64,000 bases of DNA from Porticoccaceae bacterium UBA4026 (GTDB taxonomy: Bacteria > Pseudomonadota > Gammaproteobacteria > Pseudomonadales > Porticoccaceae): the NCBI GenBank assembly GCA_002382445.1, contig DGAQ01000052.1, positions 74,253-138,252 on the forward strand, given 5' to 3'. Positions 39,691 through 49,544 of this stretch are shown here, in pieces. Each line of letters opens with the position of its first letter. Position 1 is the first letter of the stretch. Below the pieces are notes generated by a model. That model did not search any database. It was not told where the DNA came from and saw nothing but the letters and a program-made list of their open reading frames with translations. The position numbers were made by a program, and so were the translations under genes.

Positions 39691-40476
39691 ATGGACTGTC
39701 TTCAAATAACTCAAATAACTGACCTCCACTTGGGAGCAGAGGCAAACGCGAACTTTGCCGGCGTCAACACCCTAGACAGTTTTAAAGCGGTTCTTAAGGC
39801 CCTTGATGCTCAGGGGCGAGGAGATGATCTACTATTACTGTCCGGCGATCTATCGGCTGAGCCGAGTGCAGAGACGTACCTTCTGCTCAATCAGGTATTA
39901 AAAGAAAATCACAAGCGGGTAATTTGGTTACCCGGTAACCATGACGACTTTGAGCTGATGCGAGCGGGTCTGATTAATTATCCTCCAAGCCCTGTTACTG
40001 AGTTGGGTAATTGGGGGATCTTAACCCTAGATAGCTCTCAGCCGGGCACGCCGATTGGTCATATTGCTGATGAGCAATTACAGCAGGTGAAGATGGGACT
40101 TGAGAAACTTGCAGGTAAAGCCGTTTTAATTGCAATGCACCACAGCCCTGTTGAGGTTGGTTGTCGTTGGTTGGATGCACAAAAAATTGAAAACGCGGGC
40201 GACCTCTATGACCTTCTCATACAGCACGGCAATGTAAAGGCGGTATTAACAGGTCATGTGCACCAGCAGTTTGACGGGAAATGGGGTGACTTAGCTCTTC
40301 ATACCACACCATCCAGTTGTATTCAGTTTAAACAGAATAGCGATGATTTTGCCCTGTCAGGCGAACCTCCAGGTTATCGTTGGCTCGATTTGATGGCCGA
40401 TGGGCTGATTGTAACTGGCGTCGAATTTATTGATGGCTTTGATCAGAGTCCCGATGTGCAAAATACTGGATCCTAA
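39691..40476 (+). CDS. cpdA: 3',5'-cyclic-nucleotide phosphodiesterase
   Basis: Calcineurin-like metallophosphoesterase motifs DLHL, SGDLS, GNHD, MHH and GHVH. ATG at 39691 (the track uses the TTG at 39688). Confidence 0.85.
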   Translation: MDCLQITQITDLHLGAEANANFAGVNTLDSFKAVLKALDAQGRGDDLLLLSGDLSAEPSAETYLLLNQVLKENHKRVIWLPGNHDDFELMRAGLINYPPSPVTELGNWGILTLDSSQPGTPIGHIADEQLQQVKMGLEKLAGKAVLIAMHHSPVEVGCRWLDAQKIENAGDLYDLLIQHGNVKAVLTGHVHQQFDGKWGDLALHTTPSSCIQFKQNSDDFALSGEPPGYRWLDLMADGLIVTGVEFIDGFDQSPDVQNTGS

Positions 40477-40545
40477 TGCCAAAACATTCAACGACTTTCT
40501 CAGATCTTTGGCTATAATGCTGCTTGATTTTAAGGTTAGTCCTCT

Positions 40546-41133
40546 ATGTCAGTACTGCTCTATCTGCACGGGTTTAATGGCTCGCCTCAATCGAAAAAAG
40601 CTATTCAGACACAACAATGGCTAGCCCTAAATGCCCCTGAGATTAGATTTCTTTGCCCCTCATTGCCACCCTTTGCCATCGCCACGTTAAAAATGCTTCA
40701 ATCAATAGTAGAAGACCATTTGTCTGAGCCGGTCTTTGTTGTCGGAAGCTCTATGGGCGGTTTTTTTGCTACCTGTTTGATAGAGCAATACAATTTGCGA
40801 GGCGTGTTGATTAATCCAGCGGTTAGTCCAGCTCGCGGCCTAGACCAATGGTTGGGCGAAAATGCTAACTATGTAACGGGTGAAAAATGGGTGTTTGAGA
40901 AAAATCATGTTGAAGAGTTCCGGCAAATAGATCCCAGCCACCTGAGCCATCTGGAAAATTATTTGGTGTTGTTACAAACTGGTGATGAAGTACTTGATTG
41001 CCGAGATGCTCAGGCCCGTTATACTGGAGCAAAAATAATTCTCGAACAGGGTGGCGACCACGGCTTTATAGATTATGATCAGCATCTGGCAGTTATTCAC
41101 CAGTTCTTGATTTCAGATTCAACCATAAACTAA
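40546..41133 (+). CDS. yqiA: esterase YqiA (alpha/beta hydrolase)
   Basis: MSVLLYLHGFNGSPQSKKA matches E. coli MSTLLYLHGFNSSPRSAKA. Nucleophile elbow GSSMGG. It lies directly upstream of parE. Confidence 0.85.
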   Translation: MSVLLYLHGFNGSPQSKKAIQTQQWLALNAPEIRFLCPSLPPFAIATLKMLQSIVEDHLSEPVFVVGSSMGGFFATCLIEQYNLRGVLINPAVSPARGLDQWLGENANYVTGEKWVFEKNHVEEFRQIDPSHLSHLENYLVLLQTGDEVLDCRDAQARYTGAKIILEQGGDHGFIDYDQHLAVIHQFLISDSTIN

Positions 41134-41146
41134 CAATAAGAGTGCC

Positions 41147-43039
41147 ATGAGCGACTACAACGCAAAAGACATCGAAGTTCTTACCGGCTTAGATCCCGTT
41201 CGGAAACGTCCGGGCATGTACACCGACACTACTCGTCCAAACCATCTAGCCCAAGAGGTTGTCGACAACAGTGTCGACGAGGCGTTGGCTGGGCATGCTA
41301 GCCGTGTAGAGGTCACCCTGCATAGAGATGGGTCTCTGTCAGTCTGTGATGATGGTCGAGGCATGCCAGTGGATATTCATCCAGAGCAGGGTGTTCCTGG
41401 GGTTGAAGTCATTCTTTCAACCTTGCATGCTGGAGGCAAATTTTCCAATGATAACTACCAGTTTTCAGGGGGATTGCATGGCGTAGGCGTATCTGTTGTT
41501 AATGCACTGTCAAATACCTTAGAGGTCACGGTCAAGCGTGATGGAAAGGTACATCAAATGATGTTTGCCAACGGTTATAAAACCTCAGATTTGAAGGTTA
41601 TTGATACCTGTGGGCAACGCAATACTGGCACCATTTTACGCTTTTGGCCCAATGCAGTTTACTTTGACACGATCAAATTCTCAGTCTCACGGTTGCGTCA
41701 TGTGCTTCGCGCTAAGGCAGTTCTTTGCGGTGGTTTGACCGTAAGCTTCCACGATGAGAATACTAATGACAGCGAAGAGTGGTATTACCAAGATGGTCTA
41801 AAAGATTATTTGGCGGGTGCCTTACAGGGTTGGGAGGTGCTGCCTGCAGAGCCGTTTATCGGTGCCTTTGCGGCGCAAAACGAAGCGGTAGATTGGGCTG
41901 TTCAATGGTTGCCAGAGGGCGGCGAGTTAGTTCAAGAAAGTTATGTTAATCTAATTCCTACTCCCCAAGGGGGAACTCACGTTAATGGTATGCGCACTGG
42001 GCTATTGGAAGCCATGCGCGAGTTCTGCGAGTTTAGAAACTTGCTGCCTAGGGGCATTAAATTAGCACCCGATGATATTTGGGACCGTTGCAGTTTTGTG
42101 CTTTCCTCCAAACTGGCGGATCCACAGTTTTCCGGTCAGACGAAGGACCGGCTCTCCTCTCGTGAAGTGGCGGCTTTTACTTCCGGCGTGGTTAAAGACG
42201 CTTTTAGCCTATGGTTAAACCAGCATACTGACGACGCTGAGAAACTTGCTGACCTTTGTATTTTCGCTGCACAGCGACGCATGCGCGCCAGTAAAAAAGT
42301 AGTGCGTAAAAAGATTACTCAAGGGCCAGCGCTACCTGGTAAGTTAGCTGACTGTTCTAGTGGCGAACCAGAGCGCTGCGAACTGTTTCTCGTTGAAGGA
42401 GATTCCGCTGGTGGTTCCGCGAAACAAGCGCGTAGTCGCGAAAATCAAGCGATCATGCCGTTGCGAGGGAAAATTTTAAACACTTGGGAAATCGATTCTC
42501 AGGAGATTCTCGGTTCTCAGGAGGTCCATGACATTTCGGTGGCGCTGGGGGTGGATCCCGCGTCAGAGGATATAAGCTCCTTGCGATATCACAAGGTGTG
42601 TATTTTGGCCGATGCCGATTCGGATGGGTTACATATTGCCACCCTCCTCTGCGCCCTTTTCGTTCGACATTTTAGACCCTTAGTCAGCCAAGGCCATATT
42701 TATGTGGCCATGCCACCCCTGTTTAGGATTGATGTCGGTAAGGACGTCTACTATGCGTTGGACGAGTCTGAGAAGCAGGGTATTCTTGACCGGATCCAGG
42801 CTGAGAAAAAGCGTGGGAAGGTGAATGTGCAGCGCTTCAAAGGTCTAGGTGAGATGAATCCGCTGCAATTGCGAGAAACAACCATGGATCCAGACACTAG
42901 GCGATTAGTCCAACTAACCTTAGAGCACGGCGATAATACGAATAGTGTTTTGGATATGCTACTGTCGAAAAAACGTGCGCCAGATCGACGTAGTTGGTTG
43001 GAAGAAAAGGGTAATTTGGCGAATAATAGTGATCTTTAA
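41147..43039 (+). CDS. parE: DNA topoisomerase IV subunit B
   Basis: 630 aa (ParE length, lacking the GyrB insertion). GHKL motif VVDNSVDEA, Toprim ELFLVEGDSAGGSA and PLRGKILN. Followed by parC. Confidence 0.95.
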   Translation: MSDYNAKDIEVLTGLDPVRKRPGMYTDTTRPNHLAQEVVDNSVDEALAGHASRVEVTLHRDGSLSVCDDGRGMPVDIHPEQGVPGVEVILSTLHAGGKFSNDNYQFSGGLHGVGVSVVNALSNTLEVTVKRDGKVHQMMFANGYKTSDLKVIDTCGQRNTGTILRFWPNAVYFDTIKFSVSRLRHVLRAKAVLCGGLTVSFHDENTNDSEEWYYQDGLKDYLAGALQGWEVLPAEPFIGAFAAQNEAVDWAVQWLPEGGELVQESYVNLIPTPQGGTHVNGMRTGLLEAMREFCEFRNLLPRGIKLAPDDIWDRCSFVLSSKLADPQFSGQTKDRLSSREVAAFTSGVVKDAFSLWLNQHTDDAEKLADLCIFAAQRRMRASKKVVRKKITQGPALPGKLADCSSGEPERCELFLVEGDSAGGSAKQARSRENQAIMPLRGKILNTWEIDSQEILGSQEVHDISVALGVDPASEDISSLRYHKVCILADADSDGLHIATLLCALFVRHFRPLVSQGHIYVAMPPLFRIDVGKDVYYALDESEKQGILDRIQAEKKRGKVNVQRFKGLGEMNPLQLRETTMDPDTRRLVQLTLEHGDNTNSVLDMLLSKKRAPDRRSWLEEKGNLANNSDL

Positions 43040-43063
43040 ACTTTCTATAATACGGGAAAAACG

Positions 43064-45319
43064 ATGAACGATATCGTAACCTTTAATGACCAGGGTCTTG
43101 AAAGCAGGCCTGTAAGCATCTATGCCGAGCAGGCTTACTTGGATTATTCCATGTACGTTATTCTCGATCGTGCACTGCCTCATATCGGGGATGGATTAAA
43201 GCCGGTGCAGCGTAGAATTGTTTATGCCATGAGCGAACTGGGCTTGAAAGCTAGCGCCAAGTATAAAAAATCGGCTCGTACAGTTGGCGATGTCATTGGT
43301 AAGTTTCACCCTCACGGTGACAGTGCCGCCTATGAAGCTATGGTCTTAATGGCGCAGCCTTTCTCATACCGATACCCTCTAGTGGATGGTCAGGGTAATT
43401 GGGGCTCAGCGGATGATCCAAAGTCCTTTGCGGCAATGCGTTATACCGAATCAAAACTATCCGCGTACGCAGACGTTTTGCTGTCTGAGTTGGGGCAGGG
43501 CACAGCCAACTGGAGGCCTAATTTTGATGCCACTATGGACGAGCCAGAAATTCTTCCAGCCCGTGTCCCCAATGTTTTATTAAACGGTACCACTGGCATT
43601 GCGGTGGGCATGGCAACGGATGTTCCGCCCCACAATCTCAACGAGGTGGTTAACGCCTGCCTGCATTTGCTAGACAATCCCAAGGCGACGATTCCAGAGT
43701 TGATGGAGTATATTAAAGCGCCTGATTTCCCAACAGATGGTGAAATCATTACGCCGCAAGCAGATATTTTAAATACCTATGAGACCGGTCGCGGCTCGGT
43801 AAAGATGCGTGGTATTTGGCATAAAGAAGATGGTGACGTGATTGTCACTGCACTGCCATTTCAGGCCTCGGGTTCAAAAATTCTTGAGCAAATTGCTGCG
43901 CAAATGCGCAATAAGAAGCTACCGATGGTGGAAGATTTACGTGATGAGTCTGACCATGAGAATCCAACACGGTTGGTGATTACGCCGCGCTCAAACCGCG
44001 TTGACATAGATGCCTTGATGGACCATCTTTTTGCCACCACTGACTTAGAGCGCAGCTATCGCATTAATCTAAACATTATTGGTATTAATGGAAAGCCGTC
44101 GGTAATGAATTTACGCCAGATTCTTAAAGAATGGCTACATTTCCGTATCGATGTGACTCGTCGACGCCTTGAGTTTCGATTACAAAAAGTAGATAAGCGA
44201 TTACATCTATTAGATGGGTTATTGATCGCCTTTTTGAATATCGACGAGGTGATTAATATTATTCGCACTGAGGACGAACCTAAACCGGCGTTGATCGCTC
44301 GCTTTAGTCTGTCAGATACTCAAACTGAATATATTCTGGATACCAAGTTACGTCAGTTGGCGCGGCTTGAAGAATTTAAAATTCGCGGTGAGCAAGATGA
44401 GTTAGCAACTGAAAAGACTGCGCTTGAACTATTGCTGAGCTCAGATATTCGCTTGAAGACGCTGGTCAAAACTGAGCTAAAAACTACCGCTGAGGAATAT
44501 GGTGATGCTCGCCGGTCGCCACTAAAGGAGCGCGCTGAAGCTCAGGCTTTTAATGAAAAAGATCTTTTGACCGCGGAACCCATTACGGTTGTGCTGTCGG
44601 ACAAAGGCTGGATCAGAGCGGCTAAGGGGCATGAAATTGATCCAACGAGCCTCAGTTATAAGTCGGGAGACAAGTTCCTGTCTGCAGCGTTTGGACGTAG
44701 CAACCAGAATGTCTTTTTGCAAGATTCTACTGGGCGTTACTACTCTTTGGCGGGGCACACCCTCCCTTCGGCCCGAGGTCAGGGTGAGCCAGCTACTGGG
44801 CGGTTAAATCTGCCATCAGGAGCGCTATTCACTGACGTGATTATGGGTGCCGATGACCAAAAGATATTGATGGGCACTGACGCTGGTTATGGTTTTATTA
44901 CCAAAGTTGGAGAGTTGTTCACTAAAAATAAGGCAGGTAAGGCGGTAGTAAGCGTTCCCAAGGGAGGTCGAATTTTGCAGCCAAAGATGGTTGGTGAAGA
45001 TGACTCCTATATTGTCGCCGTGAGTAATGAAGGCCGTATGTTGGTTTTCGCTATTGGAGATATCCCTGAATTGGCGAGAGGCAAAGGGAATAAAATAATT
45101 AATATTCCGGGGTCTAGATTGCAAAGCCGAGAAGAGTTTGTGGTTGATTATGCCCTGGTCGGAGAAACTGATTCGCTAGTTGTTCACTCGGGTAAACGCT
45201 ATCTCGTGATGAAGCCCAAAGACTTAGAGCATTACCGTGGCGAGCGAGGTAGGCGCGGACATAAGTTACCCCGTGGATTCCAAAAAGTTGATCGCCTAGA
45301 TGTCGATGCGGGCAAATAA
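43064..45319 (+). CDS. parC: DNA topoisomerase IV subunit A
   Basis: 751 aa. DGLKPVQRR, active-site Tyr region [10 protein letters not shown], and a short C-terminal domain with no GyrA box. Confidence 0.95.
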   Translation: MNDIVTFNDQGLESRPVSIYAEQAYLDYSMYVILDRALPHIGDGLKPVQRRIVYAMSELGLKASAKYKKSARTVGDVIGKFHPHGDSAAYEAMVLMAQPFSYRYPLVDGQGNWGSADDPKSFAAMRYTESKLSAYADVLLSELGQGTANWRPNFDATMDEPEILPARVPNVLLNGTTGIAVGMATDVPPHNLNEVVNACLHLLDNPKATIPELMEYIKAPDFPTDGEIITPQADILNTYETGRGSVKMRGIWHKEDGDVIVTALPFQASGSKILEQIAAQMRNKKLPMVEDLRDESDHENPTRLVITPRSNRVDIDALMDHLFATTDLERSYRINLNIIGINGKPSVMNLRQILKEWLHFRIDVTRRRLEFRLQKVDKRLHLLDGLLIAFLNIDEVINIIRTEDEPKPALIARFSLSDTQTEYILDTKLRQLARLEEFKIRGEQDELATEKTALELLLSSDIRLKTLVKTELKTTAEEYGDARRSPLKERAEAQAFNEKDLLTAEPITVVLSDKGWIRAAKGHEIDPTSLSYKSGDKFLSAAFGRSNQNVFLQDSTGRYYSLAGHTLPSARGQGEPATGRLNLPSGALFTDVIMGADDQKILMGTDAGYGFITKVGELFTKNKAGKAVVSVPKGGRILQPKMVGEDDSYIVAVSNEGRMLVFAIGDIPELARGKGNKIINIPGSRLQSREEFVVDYALVGETDSLVVHSGKRYLVMKPKDLEHYRGERGRRGHKLPRGFQKVDRLDVDAGK

Positions 45320-45327
45320 GCCCGCAT
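45306..45327. terminator. GC-rich hairpin between convergent parC and ctpA (possible terminator)
   Basis: ATGCGGGC-AAATAA-GCCCGCAT, an 8-bp perfect stem that spans the parC stop codon. There is no clear U-run, so function is uncertain. Confidence 0.35.
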
Positions 45328-45341
45328 TAAATCAAGGCGCT

Positions 45342-46679
45342 TTAATCTACTGTGCCGGCACCGCCCAACAGGTGAAACCCCTTTAGCAGGTTGAGTGCTT
45401 CGTAGAGTTGATTGTCGTCAATGGCAGGCTGTTGCTCCTCTGCGCTGTCTATTGTCGAACCCTCTTCTTCGGCGGTCTTATTTTCAGACTCTAGATGACC
45501 ATCAAGGTCAGCCTCTTTAACTCTATCTGGCGTTTTATAGGGGCGGATTTCAGCGCGCTCGACCACAATATCAGGCACAATGCCTTCTGCTTGGATAGAC
45601 CGGCCACTGGGAGTGAAATACCGTGCGGTAGTAAGTTTTACTGCTCGACCATCGCCCAGCGGCATCACTGTTTGCACAGATCCTTTACCAAAACTTTGGG
45701 TGCCGAGAATGGCCGCTCGACGATTATCTTGTAGTGCACCAGCAACAATTTCTGATGCCGATGCACTGCCACCATTTATCAAAACCACCAGGGGTAAGCC
45801 ATTAAGTATATCGCCAGCTTGCGCTTCAAATCGATGATTGGCGCTGGGGAGTCTTCCCTCGGTGTAAACCACAGTGCCGCCGTCCAGAAGGGCATCCGCG
45901 ATCTTAACTGAAGCTGAAACTAAGCCACCCGGATTATTTCTTAAATCTAGTACGAGACCCTTAAGGCCTTGAACCTTTGAGTCATCCCTAGATAGACTGG
46001 TGGCCTTAAGTTTTTCTACTTCCTCAACAAAGTCTTCTCCGGAACTGGCTTGAAATTGGGCGATGCGAATATAACCGTAACCCCGCTCTAGCAGAAGGCT
46101 GCGAACCGCACTTATTTGAATAATGTCACGAACAATATTAAAGGTCAGAGGGCCCTCTTCACCTTCACGGTAGATGGTCAGCTTAATACTGGTGCCCTTC
46201 TCACCGCGCAGTTTATCAATGGCTTTTTGTAGGCCGATGCCACGCACTGGCGAATCATTCATTTCGATGATTAGATCGCCTGCTTGAATACCCGCTTTAA
46301 ACGCTGGCGTATCATCAATAGGAGAGATAACCCTGATCATGCCATTATCTGCACCGACTTCCATGCCGAGACCACCATACTCTCCAGTGGCACTTTCCTC
46401 AAGATCACCATAATCATCTGCCTTGAGATAGGTCGAATGAGGGTCTAAGCCGGTCACTAAACCAGCGATCGCATTTTCCAACAACTCTGTATCAGTGACC
46501 TCTTCGACATAACCCTGACGAATTTGTTCGAAAACTTGAGTAAACAGCCTTAATTCTTTCAAAGGTAGTCGTTCTTGGGCGGTAACTTTTTCATCTAAGA
46601 CTGAGTCTTCCTCCGGAGTTTCCCCGTAGGCTGGCAGCAGTACTGATAGAAGTAATACAACAGTAAAAATTCTTAACAT
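45342..46679 (-). CDS. ctpA: carboxy-terminal processing protease (S41 family)
   Basis: Signal peptide, PDZ domain, Ser nucleophile in NGGSASASEIVAGALQD and Lys in FGKGSVQT. Confidence 0.88.
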   Translation of the reverse strand: MLRIFTVVLLLSVLLPAYGETPEEDSVLDEKVTAQERLPLKELRLFTQVFEQIRQGYVEEVTDTELLENAIAGLVTGLDPHSTYLKADDYGDLEESATGEYGGLGMEVGADNGMIRVISPIDDTPAFKAGIQAGDLIIEMNDSPVRGIGLQKAIDKLRGEKGTSIKLTIYREGEEGPLTFNIVRDIIQISAVRSLLLERGYGYIRIAQFQASSGEDFVEEVEKLKATSLSRDDSKVQGLKGLVLDLRNNPGGLVSASVKIADALLDGGTVVYTEGRLPSANHRFEAQAGDILNGLPLVVLINGGSASASEIVAGALQDNRRAAILGTQSFGKGSVQTVMPLGDGRAVKLTTARYFTPSGRSIQAEGIVPDIVVERAEIRPYKTPDRVKEADLDGHLESENKTAEEEGSTIDSAEEQQPAIDDNQLYEALNLLKGFHLLGGAGTVD

Positions 46680-46738
46680 TCTTGAGTCCCCTGGATATTG
46701 CCCAATTTAAATCGCAAGACTAAATCTTAGTCTCTTGC

Positions 46739-47935
46739 CTAGGATTTCGCCATCCATGTATTTGGGTTGGCTGGGTTTCCTTGGCTACGAATTTCGAAAT
46801 ACAGGGCCGATTTTTCTAGCCCGCCGGTGTTTCCAGCTCGCGCCACTACCTGGTTAGTTTGCACTGAGTCTCCAGTATCTTTCAATAGTTCTTGGTTATG
46901 GCCGTAGAGCGTCATGTAACCATTGCCGTGATCTATGATCAAGAGCAAGCCAAATCCTCTTAAGTAGTTAGAGAAAACCACACGACCCTGGTGGACTGAT
47001 TTGACCTCCGCGCCCGCATCAGCGTTGATCAGCCAACCCTGCCATTTCATCGGGCCGTTGCGTGCGCCCCCAAAACGGTGAGCTACAGAACCCTTAAGTG
47101 GCCACGAAAGCTGCCCTTTGCGCGACTGGAATGACTGGGATTGGGCGGGTAAAACCAGATCCTCTACCGCTTCTTGTACCGCGTAAAGAAGCTCTTCTAG
47201 CTGTCTGCGCTGTTTTTGTAACACACTTAATTTTTTTTGTTCATCAGCCATTGTGAGCTGAATTTCATTTAAGGTCGATTTACGTTTTGCAATCTGAACC
47301 ACTAGTTTTTCTTGCTCGAGAGAGAGCGAGTTTTTGGAAGATACTAACTCTAGTTTGTTCTTATTAATGGTCTCGATGATATTATTCAGGGCGGTCACAT
47401 CAGACACATATCCTTCAATTTTTTTGCTCCGAGCTTCAAGAAAGTAATCGTAGTATTTAAACATTCGAGAAATTGCTTTAGGGTCTTCTTGGTTGAGTAA
47501 TAGTTTGATGGGCTCTTGGTCGCCGAGTTTGTGTGCAGCCCTTATTTGTTCGATGATGACGCCATTTTGTTGAGTAATGCGCTTCTCTATAGATACCTTT
47601 ACCTTGTCTTTATCGGTGATTTCTTTCTCCGCTGATTCAATTTCTCGACGGATTAGACGCATGTTGGCAGTAATTTTACTGGCCGTTATTTCGACTTGAA
47701 CAAGCTCCGTTTCGATTCCACTTTGTGTTGCACTGCTAGTTGCTAGGGTTTTTTCGAGGTCTGCAATAGTCTGTTTAAGACGATCGAGTTCAAGCTGCGA
47801 GCTATCATCGGCGACGGCAATTGAATTGAGAATTAGGCTGATAAAAATGCTGACAGTAAGTCTCTGCAGGCGGGGTACTAAGGTTAACGAACGTAACGGC
47901 GTTGCGCCCGAGCTTAATCGCAGCATAGAATCCAC
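46739..47935 (-). CDS. envC: EnvC-like murein hydrolase activator (degenerate M23/LytM domain)
   Basis: Long coiled-coil N-half. The C-terminal LytM domain has LLLIIDHGNGYMTLYGHN but SALYFEIRSQG in place of the catalytic HxH, as in E. coli EnvC (PSLYFEIRRQG). GTG start at 47935, with an alternative ATG at complement 47924-47926. Confidence 0.8.
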   Translation of the reverse strand: MDSMLRLSSGATPLRSLTLVPRLQRLTVSIFISLILNSIAVADDSSQLELDRLKQTIADLEKTLATSSATQSGIETELVQVEITASKITANMRLIRREIESAEKEITDKDKVKVSIEKRITQQNGVIIEQIRAAHKLGDQEPIKLLLNQEDPKAISRMFKYYDYFLEARSKKIEGYVSDVTALNNIIETINKNKLELVSSKNSLSLEQEKLVVQIAKRKSTLNEIQLTMADEQKKLSVLQKQRRQLEELLYAVQEAVEDLVLPAQSQSFQSRKGQLSWPLKGSVAHRFGGARNGPMKWQGWLINADAGAEVKSVHQGRVVFSNYLRGFGLLLIIDHGNGYMTLYGHNQELLKDTGDSVQTNQVVARAGNTGGLEKSALYFEIRSQGNPANPNTWMAKS

Positions 47936-49470
47936 TATAAAAGTAAAGAGCGGCCGGTCATTTCAGCCGGCTGTTTCATATCCATCAGAGCCAACAGGGT
48001 GGGAGCAATATCGGCGAGAGAGCCACCAACATCAAGTTTTACCCCAGCTCTGCCCACATAAACTAGTGGTACGGGCAAGGCGGTGTGTTGGGTATGAGGC
48101 TGATTTGATACCTCATCAAACATCATTTCTACGTTACCATGATCAGCTGTTATAAGTGCTTGGCCGCCGACTCTGGCCAAACTAGCTAAAACTCTTTTTA
48201 AACAAGCATCCACTGCTTCAACGGCGAGCATAGCGGCTTCATAATCACCGGTGTGTCCGACCATGTCACAGTTGGCGTAGTTGCAGATAATAGTGTCGAA
48301 CTGGTTAGATTCGATGGCCTCTATTAATTTAAGGGTGACTTCTGGGGCGCTCATTTCTGGCTGTTGATCGTAGGTAGCCACGTCTAGCGAAGGTAGTAAT
48401 TTTCGTTGTTCGCCCTTATACATTGCCTCTCGACCACCACTCATAAAAAATGTAACGTGAGCATATTTTTCAGTTTCTGCAATACGTAACTGACTCTTGC
48501 CCTGATCCGATAAAAATTCGCCAAGAGAATTTACAATTGGGATTGTTGGAAATGCACAGGGGCAAGTCAGGGTACTTTCGTATTCTGTGGTGGTTACAAA
48601 TGTGCTCGGTAAGCGAACGACTTTGCGCTCGAAGTCACTAAAGTCTCGGTCAACTATCGAGTGAGCAAGCTCTCGAACCCTATCTGGGCGAAAGTTCATA
48701 AAAATTACTGCATCCCCATCTTCTAGTACTGCAGGGGCCTCGCCTGGATTACCAATACTGGTAGCGCTCACAAATTCATCATCTTCACCTCGAGCATAAG
48801 CAGCTTTGAGGGCCGCTATGGGGTCAAGGCCTGAGTGAGTGGCGATACCCTCGGTAATTAACTGGTACGCTTCTTTGATACGATCCCAGCGATTATCGCG
48901 ATCCATGGCATAAAAGCGGCCAATCATTGAGGCAATTTTTGCTACACCTAAGCTCTCGCACAGACGATGTGTTTTTTCCAGCGATGACTGTGCGCTGCGA
49001 GGCGGACAGTCACGGCCGTCTAGGAAGGCGTGTAGGTATATTTTCTCAGCACCACGTTGTGCCGCTAGCTCAATCATGGCGTTAATGTGATCTTCATGGC
49101 TATGGACTCCGCCAGCGGAAAGTAAGCCAAGAATATGTACGGCTCGGTGGGTCTTAACGGCCTTATCTATTGCGTCGCAGTAAATTGAATTGGTGTAAAA
49201 ATCACCATCACTAATAGCCTTATTAATACGACTGAAGTTTTGGTAAATGACTCGGCCTGCCCCGATAGTCATATGCCCGACTTCGGAATTGCCCATCTGT
49301 CCATCGGGTAACCCGACATCCTCGCCTGACGTTGCTATAAAGGTACTTGGGTTGTCCGCCCAAAGATTCTCCCAAATGGGTGCTTTTGCGTTGGCTACAG
49401 CGTTAAAATCTTTCTTGTCGCTGTGACCGCAGCCATCCAAGATAATCAGTACCACAGGTTTTCTTTTCAC
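47935..49470 (-). CDS. gpmI: 2,3-bisphosphoglycerate-independent phosphoglycerate mutase
   Basis: 511 aa. ILDGCG, MGNSEVGHMTIGAGR, and ADHGN near the C-terminus. The gpmI-envC order is conserved. Confidence 0.95.
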   Translation of the reverse strand: MKRKPVVLIILDGCGHSDKKDFNAVANAKAPIWENLWADNPSTFIATSGEDVGLPDGQMGNSEVGHMTIGAGRVIYQNFSRINKAISDGDFYTNSIYCDAIDKAVKTHRAVHILGLLSAGGVHSHEDHINAMIELAAQRGAEKIYLHAFLDGRDCPPRSAQSSLEKTHRLCESLGVAKIASMIGRFYAMDRDNRWDRIKEAYQLITEGIATHSGLDPIAALKAAYARGEDDEFVSATSIGNPGEAPAVLEDGDAVIFMNFRPDRVRELAHSIVDRDFSDFERKVVRLPSTFVTTTEYESTLTCPCAFPTIPIVNSLGEFLSDQGKSQLRIAETEKYAHVTFFMSGGREAMYKGEQRKLLPSLDVATYDQQPEMSAPEVTLKLIEAIESNQFDTIICNYANCDMVGHTGDYEAAMLAVEAVDACLKRVLASLARVGGQALITADHGNVEMMFDEVSNQPHTQHTALPVPLVYVGRAGVKLDVGGSLADIAPTLLALMDMKQPAEMTGRSLLL

Positions 49471-49544
49471 GAGTTCAGAGTTCCTTCTTTAGGGCTATTA
49501 ATTAGTCATTACAGAAACTGATTGCAGTATATCAAAGTTTTTTT